From an uncultured delta proteobacterium (GTDB lineage: Bacteria; Myxococcota; Myxococcia; Myxococcales; Anaeromyxobacteraceae), in contig CAVYBH010000012.1 in NCBI GenBank assembly GCA_963766715.1, positions 480,001-544,000 of the forward strand: a DNA stretch of 64,000 nt, read 5' to 3'. Both the position numbers and the translations under genes were made by a program. Below the pieces are notes generated by a model. It saw nothing but the letters and a program-made list of their open reading frames with translations. It ran no database searches and was not told the DNA's origin. Below, one piece after another: positions 24,879-34,469 of the stretch. The stretch's first letter is position 1. Every line of letters begins with the position of its first letter.

Positions 24879-27800
24879 CTACGGGTGCGGGACCTCCTCC
24901 ATGGCGAGGAGGACGAGCCGGGCCTCTCCGCCCTCGGGGGCAATCCGGCGGGCATTCAGCAGGAGGCGACGGCGACCGATGCGCGGGAAGTCGTGCTCGA
25001 CCAGGTAGTCGTCGAAGGCCCGGTCGTCGCGGAGGACGGCTCCCAGCAGGTCGCGGAGGGCGGGGATGTCCCACTGCCTGGTCTGCCGAGCTGGAAGACC
25101 TCGCGGCCGACGGTCTCCTCCGGCGTGGACGTGGAAGTACTGGTAGAAGGCCCGGCTCGCGGATCGGACCTTCATGGCGCCGTCGAGCACCAGGAGCGGC
25201 TCCCGGACCGTGTCGACGATGCTCTCGGCGAGCGGCTCGGGCCTCCTGGACGGCGGTCTCGGCCTGGCTCCGCGCGGTGATGTCGGTGAGCGTCAGGACC
25301 ACGCCGTCGATCACGTTGTCGAGCGTCCGGTAGGGCTGGATGCGGACCAGGTAGCAGCCGCCCTCGGCGGTCCGGGCCTCGTGCTCCCAGGGGACGAGCG
25401 TCTCGAGGACGTGCTGGGCTCCCACGAGCAGCGCGTTCGTCTCCAGATCGGCCTTGATGTCGAGCGATGGGCCGTCCCACGTCCGTCGAGACCAGGCGAA
25501 ACACCTTCGTGGCCTCCCGGGTGAACCGCCGGATGGCGAGCTGCTCGTCGAGGAAGATGGTGCCCACGTTGACGTTGTCGAGCAGGTTCCGCATGTCGTT
25601 CTGCATCCCTGCGAGCTGCTCGATCTTGGACTGGAGCTCGGCGTTGACGGTGACGAGCTCCTCGTTGACCGACTGGAGCTCCTCCTTCGAGGTCTCCAGC
25701 TCCTCGTTCGTGGACTGGAGCTCCTCGTTGGTGGACTGAAGCTCCTCGTTCATCGACTTGAGCTCCTCGGTGGAGGCCTGCTGCTCCTCCACCGTGGTCC
25801 GCAGCAGCTCCTTGGAGTCCGCCAGGGCCTGCTCCAGATCCTTCATCTTGCGCCGCTCCGGCGGCTGCCCGTGCGCCTTGCCACGCTCTTTCGCCGGGCC
25901 GGGAAGCTCCGACGCGGCCGCTCCTGGAAGGTCACGAGGACGAGCGCCCCGTCCTCCTTCTGGAGCCCGAGGGAGCGGACACCGAGCAGGACCGGCTGGA
26001 GGCTCCCGTCGACCTTCACCGTCACCTCGCGGCTCAGGGGCGCCGCCCCGCGGGCTCCCTTCCTCGGTAGGCCGCGCGGAGCTCCGCCTCAGGTTGCCGC
26101 GGGCCATGTCGATCACGTTGAGCGTGGCCCTTCCGGGGGCGGGGCGCAGGTACTTCCCGGTCTCGCCGTGGACGTACAGGATGTTTCCCGCCTCGTCCGT
26201 CACCACCGACGCGGGCGCGAAGGACTGCAGGAGGGCGCGGGCGGTGAGCTCGGCGACGTTCGACTCCCTGGACTTCCTCGGCGCGGCCCCTCCGGCGCCG
26301 CGATGCCGGTCTCGGCCCATCTCTGGGCGCCCGGAGGAACGAGCCGGGCAGACGGCGGGCGACGGGACGACCTCGAACAGCTTCCAGCGGCGGTGAGGGC
26401 CGGAAGAGATCGGTGGGGTGCCCGAGGCTCTCGGACGGTGACAGGAAGAGGACGCCTCCCTGCCGGAGCGCGTAGTGGAACGTGGCCACGAGCCGATCCT
26501 GGAGCTCCGGCTCCAGGTAGATCATGAGGTTCCGGCAGGAGAGGAGGTCGAGCCGCGTGAACGGTGGGTCCTTGATGACGTTCTGGACGGCGAACACCAC
26601 CATCTCGCGGATCTCCTTCTTCACCCGGTAGCCGTCGTCGTCCTTGAGGAAGAAGCGGCGAAGGCGCTCGGGCGACACGTCCTGGACGATGCTCCCCGGG
26701 TAGACCCCCGCCCGGGCGACGGCGATGGCGTCGTCGTCGAGGTCGGTCGCGTAGATCTGGACCTTGTGCTCCGCGTGCGTCTCGTCGAGCAACTCGCGCA
26801 CCAGCATGGCGATCGAGTACGCCTCCTCGCCGGACGCGCAACCCGCGATCCAGGCGCGGAAGATCCATCCGTCCGGCTTACCCGCGAAGAGCCGGGGCAG
26901 GACCTCGTTTCGGAGGGCTTCGAAGGCCTCCGGATCCCGGAAGAAGCTGGTGACGTTGATGAGCAACTCCTTGAAGAGCGACTGCACCTCCTCGGGGTGC
27001 TCCTTCAGGTAGCGGGCGTAGCTCTCGGCGTTCTGGAGGTCGTGCAAGGCCATGCGGCGTTCGATGCGCCGGACGACCGTGCTCTTCTTGTAGAGGGAGA
27101 AATCGTGGCCGGTCCTCGACCGGAGCGTGGAGAGGATCTGGCGCAGCCCGCGGAGCGTGGCCGGGGCGGTGTGCGAGCCCGGCGGATGCCCGGAGGCCCG
27201 GGCGGCCGCCCGCATCGCGTCCGGCATCTTCTCCACGGGCAGGACGTGGGCGACGTAGCCCGCCCGGATCGGCGCTCGAGGGCATGCCGTCGTACTTCGC
27301 CGTCGCCGGGTCCTGGGCGTAGGTGACGCCACCGGAGCCCAGGATGGCGCGCAAACCCAGCGTGCCGTCGGATCCCGTCCCGGAAAGGACCACGCCCATG
27401 GCCTGCTCGCCCTGGTCCTCCGCCAGGGACCGGAAGAAGGCGTCGATGGGCATGCGCTGGCCCCGCGGCGCCTCGGGGACGCTCAGCTGGAGCGTGCCGT
27501 GGAAGATGGCGAGGTCTCGATTCGGCGGGATCACGTAGATGCGGTTGGGCTTCACGGCCAGTTGATCGGTCGCCTCGACCACCGGAAGCGCCGTGGTGCG
27601 CTGGACGATTCTCCGTGAGGATGCTCTCGTGGCTCGGATCCAGATGGGAGACGACCACGAAGGCCATTCCGATGTCGGTCGGCACGTGACGGAAGAAGGC
27701 CTCGATGGCCTCCAGGCCGCCGGCCGAGGCGCCCAGCCCGACGACGGGGAAGGGGAGGGCACCGGTGGCCTCTGTCTCCAGGAAGGAGACGGGCTGCCTG

Positions 27801-27921
27801 GACGCCGAAACGCGGGGCGCGTGGGATTCGTCGGGGCCTGTTTCGCCGTCTTCCGGGAGGAACGGCGGCCGGCCTTCGTCGGTGCCCTCTTCCCCGGACG
27901 CCGGGTGCGTGGATTGCGCAT
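24879..27921 (-). CDS. CheB-CheR-coiled coil-PAS fusion protein (multiple frameshifts)
   Basis: [69 protein letters not shown] domains. Confidence 0.92.
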
Positions 27922-28116
27922 TCGCGGATGGTCGCACGACGGAAACGGCAACTCCATGCCCGAGCGCCGGGAGGGGCGAAAACGCCGTCACATCCCGCAG
28001 GCCCGCTCGTCTTGAGGGTATGCGCCAGCTTCGCCTCGCGCCCTCTCGTCGGTCGGTCCCCGGCCTCCGCGCGTCCTCCCTGCTCCGTGCAGGCCGACCG
28101 TCCGGGGGAGCGGGCG

Positions 28117-28245
28117 ATGATGGGTTCCATCGTCGCCGTCGTGGCCGTCGCCTTGGTGCTCGGGGTGTCGCTCCAGAGGTCGAAGGGGAGGGCCATCGGG
28201 CCCGAGCGTCCCCCTCCGCCGGCGCGGGAGACTAGCCCGACCTGA
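28117..28245 (+). CDS. Small single-TM protein (42 aa)
   Basis: [28 protein letters not shown] followed by a basic/Pro-rich tail. Confidence 0.4.
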   Translation: MMGSIVAVVAVALVLGVSLQRSKGRAIGPERPPPPARETSPT

Positions 28246-28510
28246 ACCGCCGGTGACCAGCGCACTGGCGTGCGCGTCGAGGCTCCGCGCCACGGCGTCC
28301 TCACTGCAAGTGCACCTGGTCCCCGGGAGAAGGGCGACCCACCTCCCGTCCTCGGCGGGAGGCGACCGCCTGCCGTCGGATCTCCAGCTGGCGGGATCCC
28401 CCTGTAATTGCAGGTGCAGGATGGCCGCGCACATGGGAGGCGACGTGCGTCGGGGTCTAGCGCCGCGACAGTTCGGGTGACGCCGGTTGGTGCTCGCCAT
28501 TCAAGGTCCG

Positions 28511-28933
28511 TCACCGAACGCCCCACCCGAACAGCAGCAGCATCAGCGCCATCTGCGGCATCGTCGGCGTATCGAGTCCCGTCGCCTCTCCCATGAACTC
28601 CACGGTCGACAGCAACGGAGAGACGTAGTTGCCAGCGGCGTCACGCACCCATCGGTCGCCCTGAACCTGGGCGTACTTCCCGGCGATTTCCAGCCTCACG
28701 TTGTCGCCGAGCCAAAGGCCCTCCAGGCGGAACCCGCCCGGCATGGGCGTGTAGCGGACGTTCACGGAGGAGCTCGTGATGCGGCTTTCCGCGAAGGAGA
28801 GTTCGACGTCGATCGGCCCCGGGCGAGGGCTCGAGGCCCGTGATGCCATCCTTGCAGTGCCAGCTCCGGCGGTGGCGCACCCGACGAGCAGGAACGCGAG
28901 CGCGGCGACGGGCGCCATCGGGAGCATCCTCAT
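28511..28933 (-). CDS. Lipoprotein of the 'GEA...PQ' family (may contain an internal frameshift or deletion)
   Basis: Lipobox LLVG-C; VELSFAESRIT..GFRLEGLW..MGEATGLDTPTMPQMALM. Confidence 0.7.
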   Translation of the reverse strand: MRMLPMAPVAALAFLLVGCATAGAGTARMASRASSPRPGPIDVELSFAESRITSSSVNVRYTPMPGGFRLEGLWLGDNVRLEIAGKYAQVQGDRWVRDAAGNYVSPLLSTVEFMGEATGLDTPTMPQMALMLLLFGWGVR

Positions 28934-28947
28934 GGGAGCCCGGCGAG

Positions 28948-29426
28948 CTACCAGAGCGTGATCCGGTTCGTCGCCACGAGGGAACCGTCGACCGCGCTGC
29001 TGTAACGGAACACGTACTTGCCAGCCACGAGCGGGAACTGGATCGCCCGCACGTCGGTCGACTCCTTTCCGCAGAGGCGCCCCGCATCGCAGTAGCGATC
29101 CCCTGGAGTCCGGGGCTGGAACTGCTCCGCCTGGACCAACCCTTCGTCCCGGAACACCTCCAGCTTCCAGTTCCCGGGATCGGCGATCCGGGGTCGACCG
29201 CGGTGAACTCCGTCCGGATGAACGGGGTCTTCCCGTCGTCCCCGATCCTTCCGGGAGCCCCGACGAAGAGGCAGGTTCCGACCGAGATGCTGGATCCCCG
29301 GAGCAAGTCGGTGGCGCAGACTCCGTCCGGCTCGCGAAGTCGGGACAGGGGTGCCCCGGTGTTCGGCCCGGCGCAGCCCACGAGCAAGACGAAGGCGAGG
29401 CTCCGCGCGACGGCCTGGATCGGCAT
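28948..29426 (-). CDS. Hypothetical lipoprotein (frameshift near 29170)
   Basis: Lipobox LLVG-C; joins the ORF ending GKYVFRYSSAVDGSLVATNRITLW; G-rich SD. Confidence 0.65.
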
Positions 29427-29527
29427 GTCGTCCCCCCGGGGGTAAACGGATCGTGGCGGCGTCAGTACACTCGACGTGAGTCGCGTCCGTCAAGCGCACG
29501 GCGAACCTTCACGGGACGCGGCGACGA

Positions 29528-29598
29528 GAACCGACCCACCCCGGTGGCTTGACACGGGTGACGCTGGGTGAATTCATGCCTTCACGGGGGAGCGCATG
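29528..29598 (+). repeat. Conserved 71-bp promoter/leader, copy A
   Basis: 54/71 ungapped identity to 33040-33110 (manual count); contains TTGACA at 29549 and GGGGGAG SD, ends at ATG. Confidence 0.85.
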
Positions 29599-29760
29599 AG
29601 GCCGCATCTCTGGGTGGCAATCGGCCTTCTCCTCGCGCTGTCGGGTTGCGCGCACACCTCGTCCTATGCGAACGAGCCCTGGATTCCCGACCCCGGACAT
29701 CCGGTACCGTATCCCGCGACGATGCCCCCATCTCCGCGCCCCGTGCCCGACCAATCCTAG
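29596..29760 (+). CDS. Small Pro-rich lipoprotein (54 aa), NEPWIPD family copy A
   Basis: MRPHLWVAIGLLLALSGCAHTSSYANEPWIPDPGHPVPYPATMPPSPRPVPDQS; SD present; paralog at 34169; absent from the ORF track. Confidence 0.8.
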   Translation: MRPHLWVAIGLLLALSGCAHTSSYANEPWIPDPGHPVPYPATMPPSPRPVPDQS

Positions 29761-30012
29761 GAACCCCTGTACCGCAACGTCTCGAGGTCGAACGTCGACC
29801 CGGGGCGGCCACCGCGAGGACTGGACTCCGCACGCCCCCTCCTTCGGCCCGAAGTGGCAGGGTCGAGACGAGACTCACACTCCGTGTCACATCCGTCAAG
29901 ACGGGCGGAGACGCTTCACACAACGCAACCTGACACCAACCGTCAAGGTCGACCCACGAGGGGGGCGGCAGCCTGGGCCTGCGAGTTTCGGCTTCCCGGC
30001 TGGATGGGTCCA

Positions 30013-30041
30013 TTGACACTGTGGGTAGACATCAAGATGAT
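30013..30041 (+). promoter_or_regulatory. Putative sigma70 promoter
   Basis: TTGACA-17 nt-GATGAT ahead of ATG 30061. Confidence 0.4.
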
Positions 30042-30060
30042 TGCCGGCCGGGGGATTTTC

Positions 30061-31401
30061 ATGTTCGTTCGGACGTCGTGCTGGCTGGCTGCGGCCAGTG
30101 TTGGACTCCTGGTGTTCAGCGGGTGCGGCGGCACCGGCTCGGCTTCGGCTCCGGGGTCCGGCGACCTGGACAGGTCCTTCGGGGGCGATGGAACGGTATT
30201 CACCGCGTTCGCCTCCGGGCTCGTTGCCATGCCCAGCGGGATCGCCGTCCAGCCGGACGGCCGACTGGTGGTGGCGGGGCACGAGCAGACTCCGCTGGCG
30301 GACTGGTCGCGAATCGTCCTGGCTCGCTACGAGGCCGACGGGACTCTCGACGCCGGGTTCGGAACGGGCGGAAAGGTGACGACGTCCTTCGGGACGTACG
30401 ACGAGGCAAGGGCGGTTGCGCTCCAGCCCGATGGAAGGATTGCCGTCGCCGGATTCACGAAAGGTCCTGCTGGATTCGAGTTCCAGGTGGCTCGCTACGG
30501 ACGCGACGGGGTGCTGGACCCTGCCTTCGGCAGCGGCGGCAGGGTCACCACGACGTTCCCGGCTCCCTGGTCCAGCGCCGTGGCGACGGGCATCGCAATC
30601 CAGCCGGATGGGAAGATCGTGACGGCTGGGGCCGTCGGCACGGACCTCGGACTCACACAGTCGACCAGCGTCGCTCTGGCCCGCTACGACATCGGCGGCG
30701 TTCCAGACGCCACTTTCGGCGAGGGCGGCATCGTGATCACGACTCTCCCCGGCGCGTCCTGCTTCGCCCTGGGCCTGATCGTTCAATCCGGGGGGAAGAT
30801 CGTGGTTTCCGGTTTCACGACCCTGGCGGATGGGACGGAGGAGTCGATCCTCGCGCGGTACGGAACGGACGGGACGCTCGACGCGGGATTCGGCACGGGC
30901 GGAGTGGTGCGAACGAGCGTCTCCGACTTCAGCCGGGCCGCCGCCATCGCAGTTCGTCCGGATGGCAAGATCGTGGCCGTGGGGTCGTCGCAGGAACGCG
31001 CCCTCGGCGGTGGCAGGACGAATTCAGCAGTCGCCCTCGCCCGCTACGAGACCGACGGTGCGCTCGACGCGACGTTCGGGACGGCGGGCGTGGTGACGAC
31101 CCGATTCACCGGCAGCGCCGGTGCGAACGCAGTCGCGCTCCAGGGGGATGGCCGCATCGTCGCTGCGGGCTCCTTCTGGGCCACGAGCGCCACGCGGGTC
31201 GTCCTCGCGGTCGTCCGCTACGAGGCGGACGGACGAGTCGACCCGAGCTTCGCGAACGCTGGCACGGCGACCACGAACGCGGCGTACTGGGCCACGGACG
31301 TGGCGATCCAACCGGACGGAAGAATCGTCGTCGTCGGGGATGGCGACCGCGCGCCGTCAGACTCGACCTCGGGTTTCGCGGTGGCGCGGTACGTGCCGTA
31401 G
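30061..31401 (+). CDS. Delta-60 repeat beta-propeller lipoprotein
   Basis: Lipobox FSG-C; about 7 repeats of QPDGRIVVAG...LARY..DG.LD..FG.GG.V.T. Confidence 0.9.
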   Translation: MFVRTSCWLAAASVGLLVFSGCGGTGSASAPGSGDLDRSFGGDGTVFTAFASGLVAMPSGIAVQPDGRLVVAGHEQTPLADWSRIVLARYEADGTLDAGFGTGGKVTTSFGTYDEARAVALQPDGRIAVAGFTKGPAGFEFQVARYGRDGVLDPAFGSGGRVTTTFPAPWSSAVATGIAIQPDGKIVTAGAVGTDLGLTQSTSVALARYDIGGVPDATFGEGGIVITTLPGASCFALGLIVQSGGKIVVSGFTTLADGTEESILARYGTDGTLDAGFGTGGVVRTSVSDFSRAAAIAVRPDGKIVAVGSSQERALGGGRTNSAVALARYETDGALDATFGTAGVVTTRFTGSAGANAVALQGDGRIVAAGSFWATSATRVVLAVVRYEADGRVDPSFANAGTATTNAAYWATDVAIQPDGRIVVVGDGDRAPSDSTSGFAVARYVP

Positions 31402-31448
31402 TCCAGAACTTCCGGGATCTAGCGCCCACGCTGCGCGCCGGCGGATTG

Positions 31449-31577
31449 CTAGGAGAGCAGCAGGGCCAGGACCAGAGGGACGCCGACGAAAGCCAGGGCA
31501 AGAGCGATGGTCTCCACGACGGAGTGGAGGAAAGCGCCGCATCGAGAACAACGGGGCTTCCAGTAGGGATTGGGCAT
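31449..31577 (-). CDS. Small membrane protein (42 aa) with CxxC
   Basis: MPNPYWKPRCSRCGAFLHSVVETIALALAFVGVPLVLALLLS; not in the ORF track. Confidence 0.45.
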   Translation of the reverse strand: MPNPYWKPRCSRCGAFLHSVVETIALALAFVGVPLVLALLLS

Positions 31578-31743
31578 GGCGCAACGACGGCATTGCACGA
31601 CGCGACTCCGGAAAACGTCCCCCTGGACGCCGTCACCATCGCATGCGGCAGTGCGTGGCGCGAGGTATTTTCCGCCACGGCGCGTGGTGTCGGCCTAGAG
31701 GGGGCCGAAGGCTTGGCTCCCGGCGGCAGGCCGGGCGTTGCTC

Positions 31744-31989
31744 TCAAGGCCCTCCGGCCGTTCCATCGTTCCCAGGCGCCATGTTTGACGCGGCGGACCG
31801 GTCGTCTGGCTCGCCGCTTCCCGCGCCCGCGGCGGACGCCGCTTGATCCTCACTCGAACTTTCTGGCTGACGACACGATCCGTCGGCATTCGACACGTCG
31901 CACCGATTCGCTTCCTGGCTCAGCGCGACGCCGTGGGAGAGCCCCAGCACCAGGACCGCTCCGGCCACCAGCAGGCTAGTCGTCTTCAT
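31744..31989 (-). CDS. Small secreted protein
   Basis: GAGGAG SD; signal peptide MKTTSLLVAGAVLVLGLSHGVALS; one Cys pair; acidic low-complexity tail. Confidence 0.6.
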   Translation of the reverse strand: MKTTSLLVAGAVLVLGLSHGVALSQEANRCDVSNADGSCRQPESSSEDQAASAAGAGSGEPDDRSAASNMAPGNDGTAGGP

Positions 31990-32158
31990 GTGGTTGCTCC
32001 TCGCCCGATCGCGGGCGCTCGGCTTCATGGCGGCGTCCACGCACGAGGCAAGGAAATCCCGGGTAGACCCGAATGTCCTGAGCAGAACGGAGAGCAAGAA
32101 AAAATTTGTGGAGGGCGCACCGAACGTCAAGTGCCGCAGGGCCTCCATGGCCAGGGGC

Positions 32159-32500
32159 TCACGGACTCCTGGGACGGTGAGTCCTGCCCCCGGGGCCATG
32201 CGCACCGGCGAAACCCGATGAAGGAGACGAAGTCCGGGAAATCGTCGAACGGAGCGCAGCGAGCTTGATGGTCCACAATCGCGACGCCTCGACGAACGGG
32301 AGCAACTCCACGTCGAACCCTTGGCCCTGAGCCAGTTCGAGCAACCTGGCGAAGGCCCCGCATGCGACGGCGGCGGATGGGTTCTCGACGGCGAGCCAGA
32401 AGACGTCCAGCTCGGGAAGGCGTTCGTCCTGCTTGTTCGCTCTCAGATGCGCATCTATCCGCCCCAAGAGATCCCGAAACGTCGCGCGACCTTCTCGCAT
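32159..32500 (-). CDS. Hypothetical protein
   Basis: Globular-looking composition in the first ~85 aa; no recognisable motif. Confidence 0.35.
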   Translation of the reverse strand: MREGRATFRDLLGRIDAHLRANKQDERLPELDVFWLAVENPSAAVACGAFARLLELAQGQGFDVELLPFVEASRLWTIKLAALRSTISRTSSPSSGFAGAHGPGGRTHRPRSP

Positions 32501-32633
32501 GGGGTGATTCTAGGCGGAGGAGCGGCCGCCTTGTATCCGGGAAACCCCGTACCGTACAAGCACTGGACACATCGCACACGGTCAAAGCGACCGCTGCCGG
32601 GCCCTCGGGGAGACCTCGCGCCGTCCAGGGAGG

Positions 32634-32849
32634 CTAGGTCGCCACCGCTGACCGGGTGGGCTTGGATTCAGGCGACGACGGAGCCGGCCGGATTCGATCC
32701 AGCTCGGCGAGGCCAGCCTCCCGGGCATCGATCATCGACCGGAACCGCTGGCGCAGCACGAGGCCGTCGATCGCCAGAGACCACCGATCGTCATCCCCAA
32801 AGATGTCGAGGTCGTGCAGGCCGCACTTCAGATGCATCCTCAGAGACAT
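32634..32849 (-). CDS. Small hypothetical protein
   Basis: GAGGGGGA SD; RWSLAIDG..RFRSMIDAREAGLAELDR. Confidence 0.55.
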   Translation of the reverse strand: MSLRMHLKCGLHDLDIFGDDDRWSLAIDGLVLRQRFRSMIDAREAGLAELDRIRPAPSSPESKPTRSAVAT

Positions 32850-33039
32850 GGGTCCCCCTCGCAGACGCTACGCTTGAAGTGTAATCCGCGGGGATCTGCA
32901 ATCCTGTCCCGCGTTGCCTCGTCACCGAGCCTTGGGTCCAGCGCGGCATGCGTCCTCGACTGCCGTGCTCCTCCCGGCGAGCAGTTCGGGAAAGCGGTCG
33001 CACTTCACGACTCCATACCCACTCGGGCTGCTCATCGGC

Positions 33040-33110
33040 GAACCGCCCCTTCGCGGTGTCTTGACGCCGATGACGGTTGGTGAATGCATGCCGACACTGG
33101 GGGACTCATG
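33040..33110 (+). repeat. Conserved 71-bp promoter/leader, copy B
   Basis: Aligns without gaps to 29528-29598; TTGACG at 33061; ends at ATG 33108. Confidence 0.85.
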
Positions 33111-33702
33111 CGACTCGCCTGCATCATTTTCGCCGCAGCCGTCTCGTCCAGTGCCGGATGTGCCGGGCCCAGCTCCTCGATCGCCCCGGTACAGCAGCCC
33201 GCTGGCGGGATCACGATTTACGGCATGAACGGATACATCCAGCGGATTGCCGTCTTCGACGATTGGGAGGTTGCCGTGGGGCCGAAGGACGGCCCAGCGT
33301 ATACCTCCCTCAACCTCACCTCCGCAGGCACCTGGAAGGGTACGGTGGCCTCCTTCGTCGAGGGGGGAAAGATGTACTCCAACCACGTTGAACTCGGGGT
33401 CACGGGTTCGCGCATCACCGGACCCGGGGTGGACGTGACCTACTCCCTCGTCGAGGGTGGGGGCTACCGGTTGGTCGGACTGTGGATGAAGGCGAACGTC
33501 GACCTCACCGTGACGCCGACGACCTGTCGCGACCAGTACGGGAGTTCCCCCGCGCACGCCCCGGGAGTCTACGGAGGAAGCGTCGAGGACCCCGTGATCC
33601 GGATGACCGGAGAGGCCGTCTCGCTCGACGCCCCCCGGCTGGCCCCAGGTCGCGCTGGCGGCGCTCTCCGCGGGACTGGGCGTTCGGACCTATCGACGGT
33701 AG
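33108..33702 (+). CDS. Lipoprotein of the 'GEA...PQ' family (frameshift near 33635)
   Basis: SAG-C lipobox-like; VELGVTGSRIT..GYRLVGLW..MTGEAVSLDAP.WPQVALAALSAGLGVR. Confidence 0.75.
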
Positions 33703-33718
33703 CTCAGGAAGGGATGGC

Positions 33719-34157
33719 ATGCGACTCGGCGGCCTGGGCTTGATGCTGGTGCTGGTCGTCAGCCAGGGGTGCGCTGGCGCAGGCGCCTCAGCCGCATCGG
33801 CCGCGCCTCCGATCCTCTTCGCCGACGGGATGACCCTTCCTCAGCCGGTCGATCCAGGATGCGTCGAGAAGGGCCTGGAGGGGTTGGCCCCGTTCGGCGG
33901 AGGCCGGGGAAGGGTCGAGGTGACCTTCGCCGTCCACGTGGACGGACGGGTCGACGAGGTCGGAAACGCGAAGGGCATCTACAGCAACGCGACCCTGCGG
34001 GAAATCCGAGATGCCCTGCGCCAGTGCGAGTGGGTTCCCGGAAAGGACCTGGACGGACGGCCGGCGTCGATCTGGGTCTCGATCTCCGTTCGAGCTCGGG
34101 TCGAAGTGGCCAATCCAGGCTCCATGGGTAGAGTCCCAGCCTGTTCGTGTGCGCTGA
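33719..34157 (+). CDS. Lipoprotein with a TonB C-terminal-like domain (3' end uncertain)
   Basis: SQG-C; ILFADGMTLPQ, GRVEVTFAVHVDGRV, QCEWVPGKDLDGRPASIWV. Confidence 0.6.
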
Positions 34158-34168
34158 AGGAGGACGAG

Positions 34169-34342
34169 TTGCGCGCCTTGACCGTGATTGGCCTTCTCCT
34201 CGCGCTGTCGGGCTGCGCGACGACGTCGTCCTATACGAACGAGCCCTGGATCCCGGATGAGCGAATTCCGGGGGCCTGGCTGCCGAACTCTCGGGTTCCC
34301 GTCATGAACTACCAACCCCCGCCGGCTCCCAACCGACCGTAG
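34169..34342 (+). CDS. Small Pro-rich lipoprotein (57 aa), NEPWIPD family copy B
   Basis: AGGAGG SD then TTG; RALTVIGLLLALSGCATTSSYTNEPWIPDERIPG... Confidence 0.8.
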   Translation: MRALTVIGLLLALSGCATTSSYTNEPWIPDERIPGAWLPNSRVPVMNYQPPPAPNRP

Positions 34343-34372
34343 CCGCTCCATCGAGTTCCCGCACCGGGAGTC

Positions 34373-34396
34373 CGTGTGCACCCCTCGTGTGCACCC
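34373..34396. repeat. Tandem 11-bp direct repeat CGTGTGCACCC (x2, 13-bp period)
   Basis: Seen directly, about 75 bp beyond the tRNA-Sec 3' end. Confidence 0.7.
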
Positions 34397-34469
34397 TGCC
34401 GGACTGCGCGTGGTCCCGAATGGAGACAACACCCCGGAACAACAGGGGGAAGACGGGATACTGAACGGA

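Noticed and set aside
25650..25780. 21-bp periodic repeats
   Set aside because: They encode the standard EELQSTN heptads of CheBR coiled coils
30160..31400. Long-period nucleotide repeats
   Set aside because: Explained by delta-60 protein repeats
33482..34342. TonB-C-like protein fused to the mini-lipoprotein
   Set aside because: An internal AGGAGG SD, TTG start and complete signal peptide at 34169, plus a free-standing paralog, indicate two genes
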